Source: Candidatus Micrarchaeota archaeon
GTDB lineage: Archaea; Micrarchaeota; Micrarchaeia; Anstonellales; Bilamarchaeaceae
Reading direction: 5' to 3'
DNA length: 40,454 nucleotides
NCBI GenBank assembly: GCA_040754495.1
Contig: JBFMCO010000053.1
Coordinates: 1 to 40,454 of the forward strand
Below the pieces are notes generated by a model that had not been told where the DNA came from, did not search any database, and was given only the letters and a program-made list of their open reading frames with translations. Positions 1 through 8,454 of this stretch are shown here, in pieces (the first letter of the stretch is position 1; each line of letters opens with the position of its first letter). Position numbers and translations under genes: made by a program.

Positions 1-419
1 GTCCGGACGCCCGCCTTCTCCATGAGATGATACTGGTTTTTTTCCGCGTCCCGCTCCTCTGCCCGCAGCAGGTGCTTGTTCCCGAACACCGGCACGTCGA
101 ATCTCTTCTCGATGGCTTCATAGCCGACATAGACCGCGAACGAGCGGTTGGGGACGAAGACGCAGTCTCTCTTCTTCATGAATTCCAGATTCCCTGGCAG
201 GGCCATGTCGCTGAACTTGTTCACGAGCAGCAGCTCATCCACGACGCCGACCTCCCTGGTCCGGCCAGCGGTCTCCCTCTTCCTGGTCTTGTACGGCCCG
301 AGGTAAGTGCGCTCCCTGCCCCTCTGCGCCACGACAAGCGTGCCAAACCCCTCGCTTTTGGCCCCTTCGCAGACATCGAGCGCGGAGTGGCTGCCCAAGG
401 TAGAAATAGTCGTTTTCAT
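1..419 (-). CDS. purP: FAICAR synthetase PurP family (ATP-grasp), 5' part; runs off the window edge
   Basis: Not in the ORF track. Manual translation from ATG at 419 gives MKTTISTLGSHSALDVCEGAKSEGFGTLVVAQRGRE...VFVPNRSFAVYVG...VFGNKHLLRAEER, which carries the PurP N-terminal signature (TLGSHSAL, GAKxEGF, PNRSF). Confidence 0.9.
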   Translation of the reverse strand, partial: MKTTISTLGSHSALDVCEGAKSEGFGTLVVAQRGRERTYLGPYKTRKRETAGRTREVGVVDELLLVNKFSDMALPGNLEFMKKRDCVFVPNRSFAVYVGYEAIEKRFDVPVFGNKHLLRAEERDAEKNQYHLMEKAGVR

Positions 420-435
420 GGGATGATAACCCGAC

Positions 436-455
436 CTATATTTATATATCTTAAC
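436..455. promoter_or_regulatory. AT-rich TATA element shared by divergent purP and ORF 470
   Basis: CTATATTTATATATCTTAAC in a 50 bp gap, about 20-30 nt from both start codons. Confidence 0.6.
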
Positions 456-469
456 GGAGAGTTTTCTTC

Positions 470-1294
470 ATGAAAAGGGCTCTCGTCCTGCTCCTGCTAT
501 CAGCACTGCTGCATGCCGAGTTCGTGATAGAGCGGGTGGATGTCACAGTGAGCGGCATCCAGGCGGATGGGAGCGCAAAGGTCCACGAGGGCATCAAATT
601 CGTGATGTTCGGCAACTACTCGAACTCCATATACGACAGCGGCATCTCGAACAACGAGCTGTCGTTCTGGTCCACCAACACCGGCCTGAAAGACGTGAAA
701 TTCCACGTCAATCCGGCGAAGGTGGACATCCGGGACCTGCGCGTCCGGCCCCAGCCGCGCACGAAATGCAACCCCATACAGGGCATCTGCCATGGCGAGC
801 TGATTCTCGATTATTCGGCCTACCCGTCCTTCAAGGACAACGTCACGATGGAGCCCGAGGCCGGCACCGGCCTTTTCACGGTGAGCAAGTACAAGCCGCG
901 GACCAGGCGCTTCACCATAAACCCGTCCGCGCTCTCTTTCACGACTACGCCGGAAGGGAACATCATCCTCGACGACTACGTCAATTTCACAATCAGGCTC
1001 CCGGCCGAATCCGTGATGCTGGACCTCAATCCCCAGCCGACCGGCGAGGCGATTCCGCTCCCGGCCAGGGTGGAGGCGCTTTCCTGGACAGACATAGTCC
1101 TCGTGAAGTTCTCCCTCATATTCGACGTCGAGGACTCCATCGACAAGGAGGTGTCGGATTTCTTCAGCGGAATCTTCCTCGGCCTGAGCAGGGCTGTCAG
1201 CGGCCCGCACGGGGCCGCCCTCATCGCGCTCGTCGGAGTCCTTATAGGCTCTTTCATCTATATCACGATTGCAAAAAGGAGGAGCGAGGAGTGA
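470..1294 (+). CDS. Hypothetical secreted protein with C-terminal membrane anchor
   Basis: Signal peptide MKRALVLLLLSALLHA; C-terminal hydrophobic helix (AALIALVGVLIGSFIYITI) followed by KRR; stop overlaps the pheS start. Confidence 0.8.
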   Translation: MKRALVLLLLSALLHAEFVIERVDVTVSGIQADGSAKVHEGIKFVMFGNYSNSIYDSGISNNELSFWSTNTGLKDVKFHVNPAKVDIRDLRVRPQPRTKCNPIQGICHGELILDYSAYPSFKDNVTMEPEAGTGLFTVSKYKPRTRRFTINPSALSFTTTPEGNIILDDYVNFTIRLPAESVMLDLNPQPTGEAIPLPARVEALSWTDIVLVKFSLIFDVEDSIDKEVSDFFSGIFLGLSRAVSGPHGAALIALVGVLIGSFIYITIAKRRSEE

Positions 1295-2649
1295 TGTACA
1301 AGGGGACGGACAGGGTTCTCAGGCTGGTCATTGAGCGCAGGATGCCCCTAGATGAGCTTGCGCGCCAATGCGGAATGAACGAGGACAGCGTGAGGCGGAT
1401 AGCCGAGGCGCTCAAGGCAGATGGCTACGTAGATGTGCTGGTGTCAGAGAGCGCCCGGGGCGTCCCCACCGCGGAATTCTCGCGCTACGTTTCGGAAGGC
1501 TTCCCGGAGGCCTCGGTCTTCAGGAAGGCGCTCGCCGGCTCGTCGGTCGCGGACCTGACCCCGGCCGAGAAATCCATAGGCATACGCTGGGCCCGGGTTA
1601 AGGGCTTCGTCGCGGTCGAGGGCGGAAAGCTCGTTCCGGAGATGGACGAGGGCGATGTCAGGGCCGCAGCAGAGCGCCTCTCCGCCGCCTATGCGCAGCT
1701 CCAGAAGACCGGCATGTGCGAGCCGGAAATCATGGAGGAGCTTTTCGAGCGCAAGCTGCTGGATAAGAAGATGGCCAAATCCGCCGTCGTCTCATACACC
1801 GGGAAAAAAATAGACTGGTCCGCGTTCGCGGAAGGATTCGACGTGAACGTGCCCGGGCAGAACGCCCCGATAGGGAAAAACCACCCGATAACGAGGATGA
1901 CGCGGCGGATAAAGACGATCATGACCGAGCTGGGCTTCCAGGAGGTGGAAGGCGACATCGTGGAGAGCTCGTTCTGGAACTTCGACGCCCTCTTCCAGCC
2001 CCAGGACCACCCGGCAAGGGAGCTTGCCGACACGTTCTATGTCAAGGGGAGCATGCCGCTCCCGCAGGATGGGGAACTGGTGGCTAGGGTGAAGAAGGCG
2101 CACGAGGATGGCTGGAAATACCCGTGGCAGGAGCGGGAGGCATCCAAGGCAGTCCTCCGCACCCACACGACCTGCCTCTCGGCCAGGGCCCTTGCCGCGA
2201 TGAAGGAGCGCAGGCCGAAGAAGTTCTTCGCAATCGGGCGCGTCTTCCGCAACGAGGCCACGGATTACAAGCACCTGGCCGAGTTCCACCAGGTGGAGGG
2301 CATAATAGCCTGGGAGCACGCCACGTTCACGGACCTTCTCGGAGTGCTGAAGGAATTCTACATGAAGCTCGGCTTCGAGAAGATACGGTTCCGGCCGAGC
2401 TTCTTCCCATACACGGAGCCGAGCCTGGAGATTGAAGTCTATTTCGAGAAGAGGAAGCAGTGGATGGAGCTTGGCGGGGCCGGCATCTTCAGGCCTGAAG
2501 TCAGCATCCCGCTGGCCGGGGTGTACCCGGTCCTCGCGTGGGGCCTGAGCCTTGAGCGCCCGCTCATGCTCAGCCTCGAGCTCGAGGACATACGGGCGTT
2601 ATACCGCAACGACGCTGATTTCCTCGCCTCAGCGAGGTCGGACATATGA
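1294..2649 (+). CDS. pheS: Phenylalanine-tRNA ligase alpha subunit (archaeal type)
   Basis: Motifs FWNFDALFQPQDHPARELADTF, LRTHTT, FRNEATDYKHLAEFHQVEG, RFRPSFFPYTEPS, ELGGAGIFRPE. True start is ATG 1294; the track's 766 start is a spurious extension. Confidence 0.97.
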   Translation: MYKGTDRVLRLVIERRMPLDELARQCGMNEDSVRRIAEALKADGYVDVLVSESARGVPTAEFSRYVSEGFPEASVFRKALAGSSVADLTPAEKSIGIRWARVKGFVAVEGGKLVPEMDEGDVRAAAERLSAAYAQLQKTGMCEPEIMEELFERKLLDKKMAKSAVVSYTGKKIDWSAFAEGFDVNVPGQNAPIGKNHPITRMTRRIKTIMTELGFQEVEGDIVESSFWNFDALFQPQDHPARELADTFYVKGSMPLPQDGELVARVKKAHEDGWKYPWQEREASKAVLRTHTTCLSARALAAMKERRPKKFFAIGRVFRNEATDYKHLAEFHQVEGIIAWEHATFTDLLGVLKEFYMKLGFEKIRFRPSFFPYTEPSLEIEVYFEKRKQWMELGGAGIFRPEVSIPLAGVYPVLAWGLSLERPLMLSLELEDIRALYRNDADFLASARSDI

Positions 2650-4550
2650 AGCTGAAGACCGCGCTCATCTGGGCCATAGTGCTCCTTTTCCTCGCCCTCG
2701 CGGGGATAGTGGTCTTCATCCTCGCATCAGAGGAGATAGACATCGCGAAGACCACCTCGGTCACGTCGTTCTCCGTGCTCGAGACCGGCGCGGCCGACAA
2801 CTTCGCCTACGGGGTATACAGCTACCGCGGCACCGGCAATCTCACCGTGCTGAGCTACGCCTCCGAGCCAAAGCGCAGGGTCGTGATAATAAACGACAGC
2901 CAGGCCGTCCAGGCCGGGCGCCTCCCCGAGCTTATCGAGCGCCTGCGCGTCCTGGAGCGGTACGGCTACAACGTCTCCGTCTCTGACGAGCCGAAAATCG
3001 GCGACGCTATATACGTCGTGCCGACAGGGGCGATACCCTCATACGCGCTCTTCAACCTGCAGCAGAACTCCTCCAACGGCACGGTCATATACATCGGGGA
3101 GAAGGACCTTCTCCTCAGCAACGGCATAAAGAAGCTCAACTGGTACGACTCGCTTGCCCCGGGCCAGAGGGCGAGGGTCGTGCAATACAACGGCACGCTC
3201 GACGATTTCCTGGAAGCAGGCAACGTGACGCTCGAGCGCGAGATTCTCTTCTCTTCGTGGATGCTGCGCAACAGCACGTCCTCGTACATATCCGGCGACG
3301 GCCTCGGGAGCGCGGTCGTCCCGCTCAACCGCTCGGGCTACATGCGCATAATATACGAGTTCCAGGACCTCTACGGCGTCTTCGATTCCCCCCGCATGCA
3401 GTCTGTCAACCAGTCGCTCGCTCCGGAGCCGCAGTCAATCTACCCGTGGGAGAAATCCTCCCTGGAGTTCGAGCTCAACAAGACCAACGGGACCGCGTTC
3501 CTTTCCGTGAAGAAGAACGGCAAGGTGATAGAGCACGAGCAGCTCCGCCGCGTCACGGACGAGAACGTGTTCATAAAGAGGTTCGAGTACGCGGAGCCCG
3601 GCGAGTACGTGATAATAGTGGACGACAACTCCGGCCCGATAGCGACCGGGCTGCTGCACGTGAAGGATTTGCGCATCAGCCTCCTCGAGCGCCGCGGCGT
3701 GACCTACGTCTTCTCGGCCATGGTCGATGGCAGGCCGCTCGGGGACACGGAGGCCGAGGTCTCGGTCGGCGGCTCCGGGAAGAAATACTACGTGAGCGAC
3801 GGCCAGATAGTGGTGAACGCCCTCCTGAAGCGCGGCGAGAACACGTTTACCTTCGACATCGGCGGCGCCTCGGTGCCGGTGGTCGTGGACAACGAGGAGG
3901 ACCCGCTGGTCGATTTCTACCTCAAGTACGGCGCGCCCTCGCTCATCATCGTCATGGCCGTGTATTTCGGGGCCCGCATGACGCGCCGGCCGACCTACCG
4001 GCTGCGCTTCGGGGACAGCGCGGATTACGTGCGGCAGGAGATGGCGCTTCCCATCGAGAGGGCGCTCGAGACGTTCAGGATGATACGAAGCGACATGAAG
4101 CTCGGCCAGTCGCCCATCACCCCGCACGAGTTCAGTGTCTCGCTCAAGCGCTACCTGACGAACGGCGCCGACGTAACGGAAGGGAACGTGGAGGAGATAC
4201 TCAAGACGCTCGTCCGGCGGGGCTGCCTCGAGACGCACCGCGACTACTACCAGCTCAAGGGAGAGGGCGATGTCGTCCGCAACGTCCTGCGCAGGATGGT
4301 CCGGGAGAAGCTCATCGAGAGCGGCACGCCGTTTTCCGAGGAAGGGGAGAGGTTCGTAACCAAAGACTTCGATATAGGATTCTTCGGCGAAGAGTTCCGG
4401 AAGAAGGCCATAGTCGTGGTGGACGACAAGGGCGAGGAGAAGCGCATCCTCGGCCGGCTGAGCGAGGCCGGGCGGGCGCGCCTGCGCATCATGCAGTCAA
4501 ACGACATGGTCTCGTTCGTGCCTATCGACAGGCTGAGCGATGCATTATGA
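2646..4550 (+). CDS. Hypothetical two-TM membrane protein with large extracellular region and C-terminal cytoplasmic domain
   Basis: N-terminal TM, about 12 N-x-S/T sequons, second TM near GAPSLIIVMAVYFGA, then a basic/helical C-terminus of about 190 aa; ATGA overlaps on both sides; host-like codon usage. Confidence 0.85.
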   Translation: MKLKTALIWAIVLLFLALAGIVVFILASEEIDIAKTTSVTSFSVLETGAADNFAYGVYSYRGTGNLTVLSYASEPKRRVVIINDSQAVQAGRLPELIERLRVLERYGYNVSVSDEPKIGDAIYVVPTGAIPSYALFNLQQNSSNGTVIYIGEKDLLLSNGIKKLNWYDSLAPGQRARVVQYNGTLDDFLEAGNVTLEREILFSSWMLRNSTSSYISGDGLGSAVVPLNRSGYMRIIYEFQDLYGVFDSPRMQSVNQSLAPEPQSIYPWEKSSLEFELNKTNGTAFLSVKKNGKVIEHEQLRRVTDENVFIKRFEYAEPGEYVIIVDDNSGPIATGLLHVKDLRISLLERRGVTYVFSAMVDGRPLGDTEAEVSVGGSGKKYYVSDGQIVVNALLKRGENTFTFDIGGASVPVVVDNEEDPLVDFYLKYGAPSLIIVMAVYFGARMTRRPTYRLRFGDSADYVRQEMALPIERALETFRMIRSDMKLGQSPITPHEFSVSLKRYLTNGADVTEGNVEEILKTLVRRGCLETHRDYYQLKGEGDVVRNVLRRMVREKLIESGTPFSEEGERFVTKDFDIGFFGEEFRKKAIVVVDDKGEEKRILGRLSEAGRARLRIMQSNDMVSFVPIDRLSDAL

Positions 4551-5827
4551 GAGCCGTCATTTTCCTGCTGCTCTGCGGCGCCGCTTTCGCGCAGTATGCC
4601 GACCCCCCGCTTGCGCAGGTGGGCGCGAACAACACCGCCGCGGCCGCCCTGCTTGAGGGGGCGTACAACTCAAGTTACGCGCAGAACGGGACGATGGAGG
4701 TGCGCTTCGGCAGCTACTCCCAGCAGCTCAATTTGTCAGCGAGCGTCGAAATCGCCGGCCTGTCGCCTTCGATCGACAACATGAGCTGCGCGACCGACGG
4801 CCTCTCGCTCATAATCGCCAGGGGCTACCAGCAGGGCCACCTCACTTCGCTTCCTTCTGAAGGCTATCCCCAGTTCACATGCGACTACTCATGGTTCCAG
4901 GGCAACCCCGACATGGCGTGGCGCTGCGACTTCGACACGGACAGCTGCGTGGAATACGAGAACCGCACCGGCGTCGTATATGGCATGAATGCCACATTCT
5001 CCTTCAGGAACGTCTCGGCCACGGTCCCGGTATCATCAACGCTTGTTCCGGTGCCGCAGGAGGTAATAGACGCGCTCGCCTCGGCATCGGGCAACGACAC
5101 GCTTGACGTGAACGTCTCCGGCAGCGCAATCTTCTTCAACGAGGTGAACAACCGCTCGTTCGAGTTCGGGGACTGCGGGAGCAATGTCACGAACCTCACC
5201 GCTTCCGTCCCCCTCTCGGCCAACCGTTCCTTCATCGTCGGGGGCCAGAGGAAGCTTTTCTTCCTGCGCTCGCCAATCCTGCGCGAGCAGTGGTTCAGGA
5301 ACAGCCGCTTCGACGTCATCGCCCTGTCCCAGTGCCCCATCTACCAGGCCGAGATATACCTGAACGGAAACAGGACCGCCAATTTCACATTGGCCACCTT
5401 CTATACCGCAACCGACAGCTTCGGGCTGATGTCCATCTACTCCAACCGCTCGAATGCCACGCAGTCCGGGTGGAGCGAAGGAACGAATGAAACCGTAACC
5501 CCATCATCCCTCGAGCGCGAGAACGATTCCTTCCGCTTCGTCTATGAGTTCAACCACTCGTACGTCTCCCTCGGGAACAGCAACCTCTCGCTCGTGGTGC
5601 ATGATGCCGCCCTCCGCCAGGCGTCATTCAACGAGACGCTGACCGGCAGGATGCTCTCCTTCAACAATATGGCCACGGAAAACGGCTCGAACCTGTCTTC
5701 CGTCCCATCCAGGCCGAGCGAAGGATTCGAGATGGGCAGCCTCACGCAGGTGCAAATCGGGCTCGGCCTTGTCGCCCTGGTCCTCGTGCTGGCGTTCGTG
5801 AATTTCTGGCTGGTGGAGAGGGTTTGA
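4547..5827 (+). CDS. Hypothetical cell-surface glycoprotein (426 aa) with C-terminal TM anchor
   Basis: Start MRAVIFLLLCGAAFA at ATG 4547 (ATGA overlap); about 25 N-x-S/T sequons; terminal TM helix IGLGLVALVLVLAFVNFWLV. The track's 3257 start is a shadow extension. Confidence 0.85.
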   Translation: MRAVIFLLLCGAAFAQYADPPLAQVGANNTAAAALLEGAYNSSYAQNGTMEVRFGSYSQQLNLSASVEIAGLSPSIDNMSCATDGLSLIIARGYQQGHLTSLPSEGYPQFTCDYSWFQGNPDMAWRCDFDTDSCVEYENRTGVVYGMNATFSFRNVSATVPVSSTLVPVPQEVIDALASASGNDTLDVNVSGSAIFFNEVNNRSFEFGDCGSNVTNLTASVPLSANRSFIVGGQRKLFFLRSPILREQWFRNSRFDVIALSQCPIYQAEIYLNGNRTANFTLATFYTATDSFGLMSIYSNRSNATQSGWSEGTNETVTPSSLERENDSFRFVYEFNHSYVSLGNSNLSLVVHDAALRQASFNETLTGRMLSFNNMATENGSNLSSVPSRPSEGFEMGSLTQVQIGLGLVALVLVLAFVNFWLVERV

Positions 5828-5851
5828 GTTTCCAATTTTCGAGACACAAAA

Positions 5852-5886
5852 CGGAATGCCCGGGACCGGATGCCGTCTGCCGGAAA
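5852..5886 (-). repeat. Degenerate heptamer tandem array
   Basis: Minus strand reads TTTCCGG CAGACGG CATCCGG TCCCGGG CATTCCG. Confidence 0.7.
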
Positions 5887-5889
5887 CCA

Positions 5890-5983
5890 TGTGGCTGCGG
5901 CGGCAGGGAACCAGAGTTCCCTGCGCACCGTGTCCGAAGCGTCGGACACGATTGCCACAAGTTCCCCGGAAGCTTCGCTTCCG
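5890..5983. other. Multi-hairpin structured intergenic element between convergent genes
   Basis: Perfect stems GCAGGGAAC/GTTCCCTGC (5903-5924), CGTGTCCGA/TCGGACACG (5929-5950) and CGGAAGC/GCTTCCG (5967-5983); outer TGTGGC/GCCACA pairing (5890-5959). Confidence 0.7.
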
Positions 5984-5997
5984 AGGACCGGCTGCCC

Positions 5998-6273
5998 CTA
6001 GCCTGATGGACCGTCCTTGTACCCTTCCACTTCGTCGTCCATCTCCTGCTCTGCCTCAGAATCAGCGGCGCCGACCTTCTCGCCCAGGGCGAAGGTGCGC
6101 TTGACCTCGGTTATCTTCACGCGGCACCTCTCCCCCTTTCTCGCGCCCTTCACGAATACGACGAAGTTCTCCACCTTGGCGATGCCGTCGCCCTGCCCGC
6201 CCTGGCCCTCTATGGTGACGTCTATTGTGTCTCCTGCGGCCACGGGCTTGGGGACCTCGAATTTCTTATCCAC
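5998..6273 (-). CDS. TRAM domain RNA-binding protein
   Basis: PVAAGDTIDVTIEGQGGQGDGIAKVENFVVFVKGARKGERCRVKITEVKRTFA is a typical single-TRAM protein; GGAGGGG RBS precedes the GTG start. Confidence 0.92.
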   Translation of the reverse strand: MDKKFEVPKPVAAGDTIDVTIEGQGGQGDGIAKVENFVVFVKGARKGERCRVKITEVKRTFALGEKVGAADSEAEQEMDDEVEGYKDGPSG

Positions 6274-6482
6274 TTGACCCCTCCAGCTGGCCCCTTGCGA
6301 TGACCACGCCGAGGATTTCGGGCGTCCTTCCCGGCTTGAAAAGCAATCCCTCTTCTTCCATGCGCTTATTTCTCCGCCTCAGCATTAAATACCTTAGGCC
6401 CGGGAAAGTACACCGGGAAGTCCCATATTTTCGATGAAAAGGCCGAAACCAGCGCCGCGGAAACGAGGCCTCTGTTTTTGAT

Positions 6483-7677
6483 TATAAATTGCCTTTTCCG
6501 CATCCCTTCATGCAGATACGTTCGTGGAAATACCGGCTTTACCCATCAAAAGCCCAACAGAAATGTCTTAACGAACATCTCCATGAATGCAAGGGTCTCT
6601 GGAACTCTCTTCTTGAATATACCAAATCCCACCATGCAGAAACTGGCAGGTTCCCATCAAGGAAAATGCTTTATCTCAAAACAAAGGAAACGCCTATCTT
6701 TTCACAAGTTGCACAGAACGTTGCCGACAGGCTTGCAAAAAGCCTCGGCTGCCTGATTGCCCGAAAGAAAACAGGGCGAAAAGCAGGATTCCCGAGGTTC
6801 AAATCAATCGAGCGGATGAAATCATTCACTTATCCGCAGTTCGGTATCAAGCTGGCAGAGCGCCTTGAGCTTTCGGGCATCGGAAGCGTCTCAATCAAGA
6901 AGCACAGGGATATTGGAGGCAAAGTCAAAACGCTCACCATAAAGAAATCGCCCTCAGGCAAATGGTTCGCTGTTTTTACTTCTGAAATCGAGAAAGGCGA
7001 CGTTCCTAAAAAGAGGGGCGCAGCCGTCGGTCTCGACCTTGGAGTAGAGCACTTTGCATATCTGAGCAATGGATTAGCCATTGAAAACCCCAGGCATCTC
7101 GGGCAGGCAGAAGAGAAGCTGAAGAGCGCCCAGAAACAGCTCTCGCGCAAAAGCAAAGGCAGCAAAAACAGGAGAAAGGCAAGGCTGAGGCTCGCCTCGG
7201 CATATGAAAGGCTCGTAAACAGAAGAACGGATTTTCTCCACAAGGTAAGTCGTCACCTTGTTGATAACTACTCACTCATAGCAATGGAGAACCTCAATAT
7301 CGCCGCTTTGGCGCAGGGTTTCCTTGCGAAAGAGGTATCGGATTGCAGCTGGGGGGGGGGTTTTCCGGCATGCTTCGCTACAAAGCGGAAGAGGCTGGTT
7401 GCGAAGTCGTGCTTGTCGACCCTGCCCATACGTCGCAGCGATGCAGCGGCTGCGGTCTGATGCGGAAGAAACCGCTTGCGGAGAGGTGGCACAGCTGCCC
7501 GTGCGGCGCGTCAATGCCGCGTGACCTCAATGCGGCGATAAATATACTCAAAAGAGCTACCCCGGGAACCGGGGGATGTAACGCCTGTGGAGAAGCGACC
7601 ACTACCGGTTATAAGCATAACTGGCAAGTATTTTCGGTGAAGCAGGAAGCCCATGCCTTTAGGCACAGGTAGTTCAC
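6483..7677 (+). mobile_element. Non-autonomous IS200/IS605-superfamily element (tnpB only, IS1341-like); left end uncertain
   Basis: tnpB ORF, visibly more AT-rich than its flanks; right end GAAGCCCATGCCTTTAGGCACAGGTAGTTCAC ending at 7677 with a TGCCT-TT-AGGCA hairpin; no tnpA; candidate TAM TTGAT (6478-6482) or TTAT (6482-6485). Confidence 0.7.
6510..7672 (+). pseudogene. tnpB: RNA-guided endonuclease TnpB, frameshifted at a G10 tract (7351-7360)
   Basis: N-terminal KYRLYPS, FPRFK, RuvC-I GLDLG and RuvC-II AMENL in frame 6510; Zn finger CSGCG..CPCG and RuvC-III RDLNAAINI in a second frame (track ORF 7343..7672). G8 or G11 would restore one ORF of about 386 aa. Confidence 0.9.
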
Positions 7678-7701
7678 AAAGTTGCGGTGGAGACATAATC
7701 C

Positions 7702-8454
7702 ATGGAGAACCCGTTCGAGGACCAGAAAGCCCCGGTTGCGAAGCTCAAGGCTTACAGGGTCGGCGTGCACAGCGGCAAGGGCGGGGTGGGCAAGACCTTC
7801 CTGGCCGTGAATATCGCCTTCTCCCTGGCAAAGCTGGGATACCGCGTCGGCATCCTCGATGCCGACATAGACTGCCCGAACGTCCCGAAGTTCCTTTCCA
7901 TGAAAAGCATGCTCGCGAAGGGAAAGACGCTGCGGCCTGCAGTTCATGGGGGGGTGAAAATCGTCTCGACAGCCCTGCTGAACCCGGGGAGCGAAAGCCC
8001 GATAATCATAAGGGGGCCGATAAAGCACAACATGCTCGTGAGCTTCCTCTCCTCGGTGGAATGGGGCGAGCTTGATTTCCTCGTAATAGACCTCCCGCCC
8101 GGGACCGCCGACGTCCCTCTCTCCGCGATGCAGCTATCAGCCCTCGATTCGCTCATTCTCGTAACCTCCCCGACCAAGGAAGCCCTCCTCGATACTGCAA
8201 GGGCGTGCAGCATGGCAAAGAAGCTCGGCCTGAAAATCCTGGGCCTCGTGGAGAACATGTCCGGGGAGGTCTTCGGCACCCGCGGGCCTGGGGCGGCATC
8301 GCGCCTTGACGTTCCGTATCTCGGCTCAATCCCGCTTTCTGCGGAAACGGCCCGCATCAGCGAGCGCTCTGGGATGGCGTTCCTGGAAAATCCGGCTCTT
8401 GCAGGGATACGGGACTCGCTTATTTCCAAAATCCGGGAGGCTTCGGGAAAATGA
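7702..8454 (+). CDS. mrp: Mrp/NBP35 (ApbC)-family P-loop ATPase
   Basis: SGKGGVGKT deviant Walker A, DADID, WGELDFLVIDLPPGTAD, ENMS. The usual downstream CxxC is missing. Confidence 0.85.
   Translation: MENPFEDQKAPVAKLKAYRVGVHSGKGGVGKTFLAVNIAFSLAKLGYRVGILDADIDCPNVPKFLSMKSMLAKGKTLRPAVHGGVKIVSTALLNPGSESPIIIRGPIKHNMLVSFLSSVEWGELDFLVIDLPPGTADVPLSAMQLSALDSLILVTSPTKEALLDTARACSMAKKLGLKILGLVENMSGEVFGTRGPGAASRLDVPYLGSIPLSAETARISERSGMAFLENPALAGIRDSLISKIREASGK

Noticed and set aside
766-4546. Long N-terminal extensions of track ORFs 766..2649 and 3257..5827, and similarly 18849..20366, 25537..26610 and 35947..37227
   Set aside because: The extensions are Arg/Gly/Pro-rich off-frame readings of real upstream genes; the true starts sit at the stop/start overlaps or nearby ATGs.
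6386-6509. tnpA transposase upstream of tnpB
   Set aside because: The gap is only about 120 nt and has no HUH/Y1 ORF; the element is tnpB-only.
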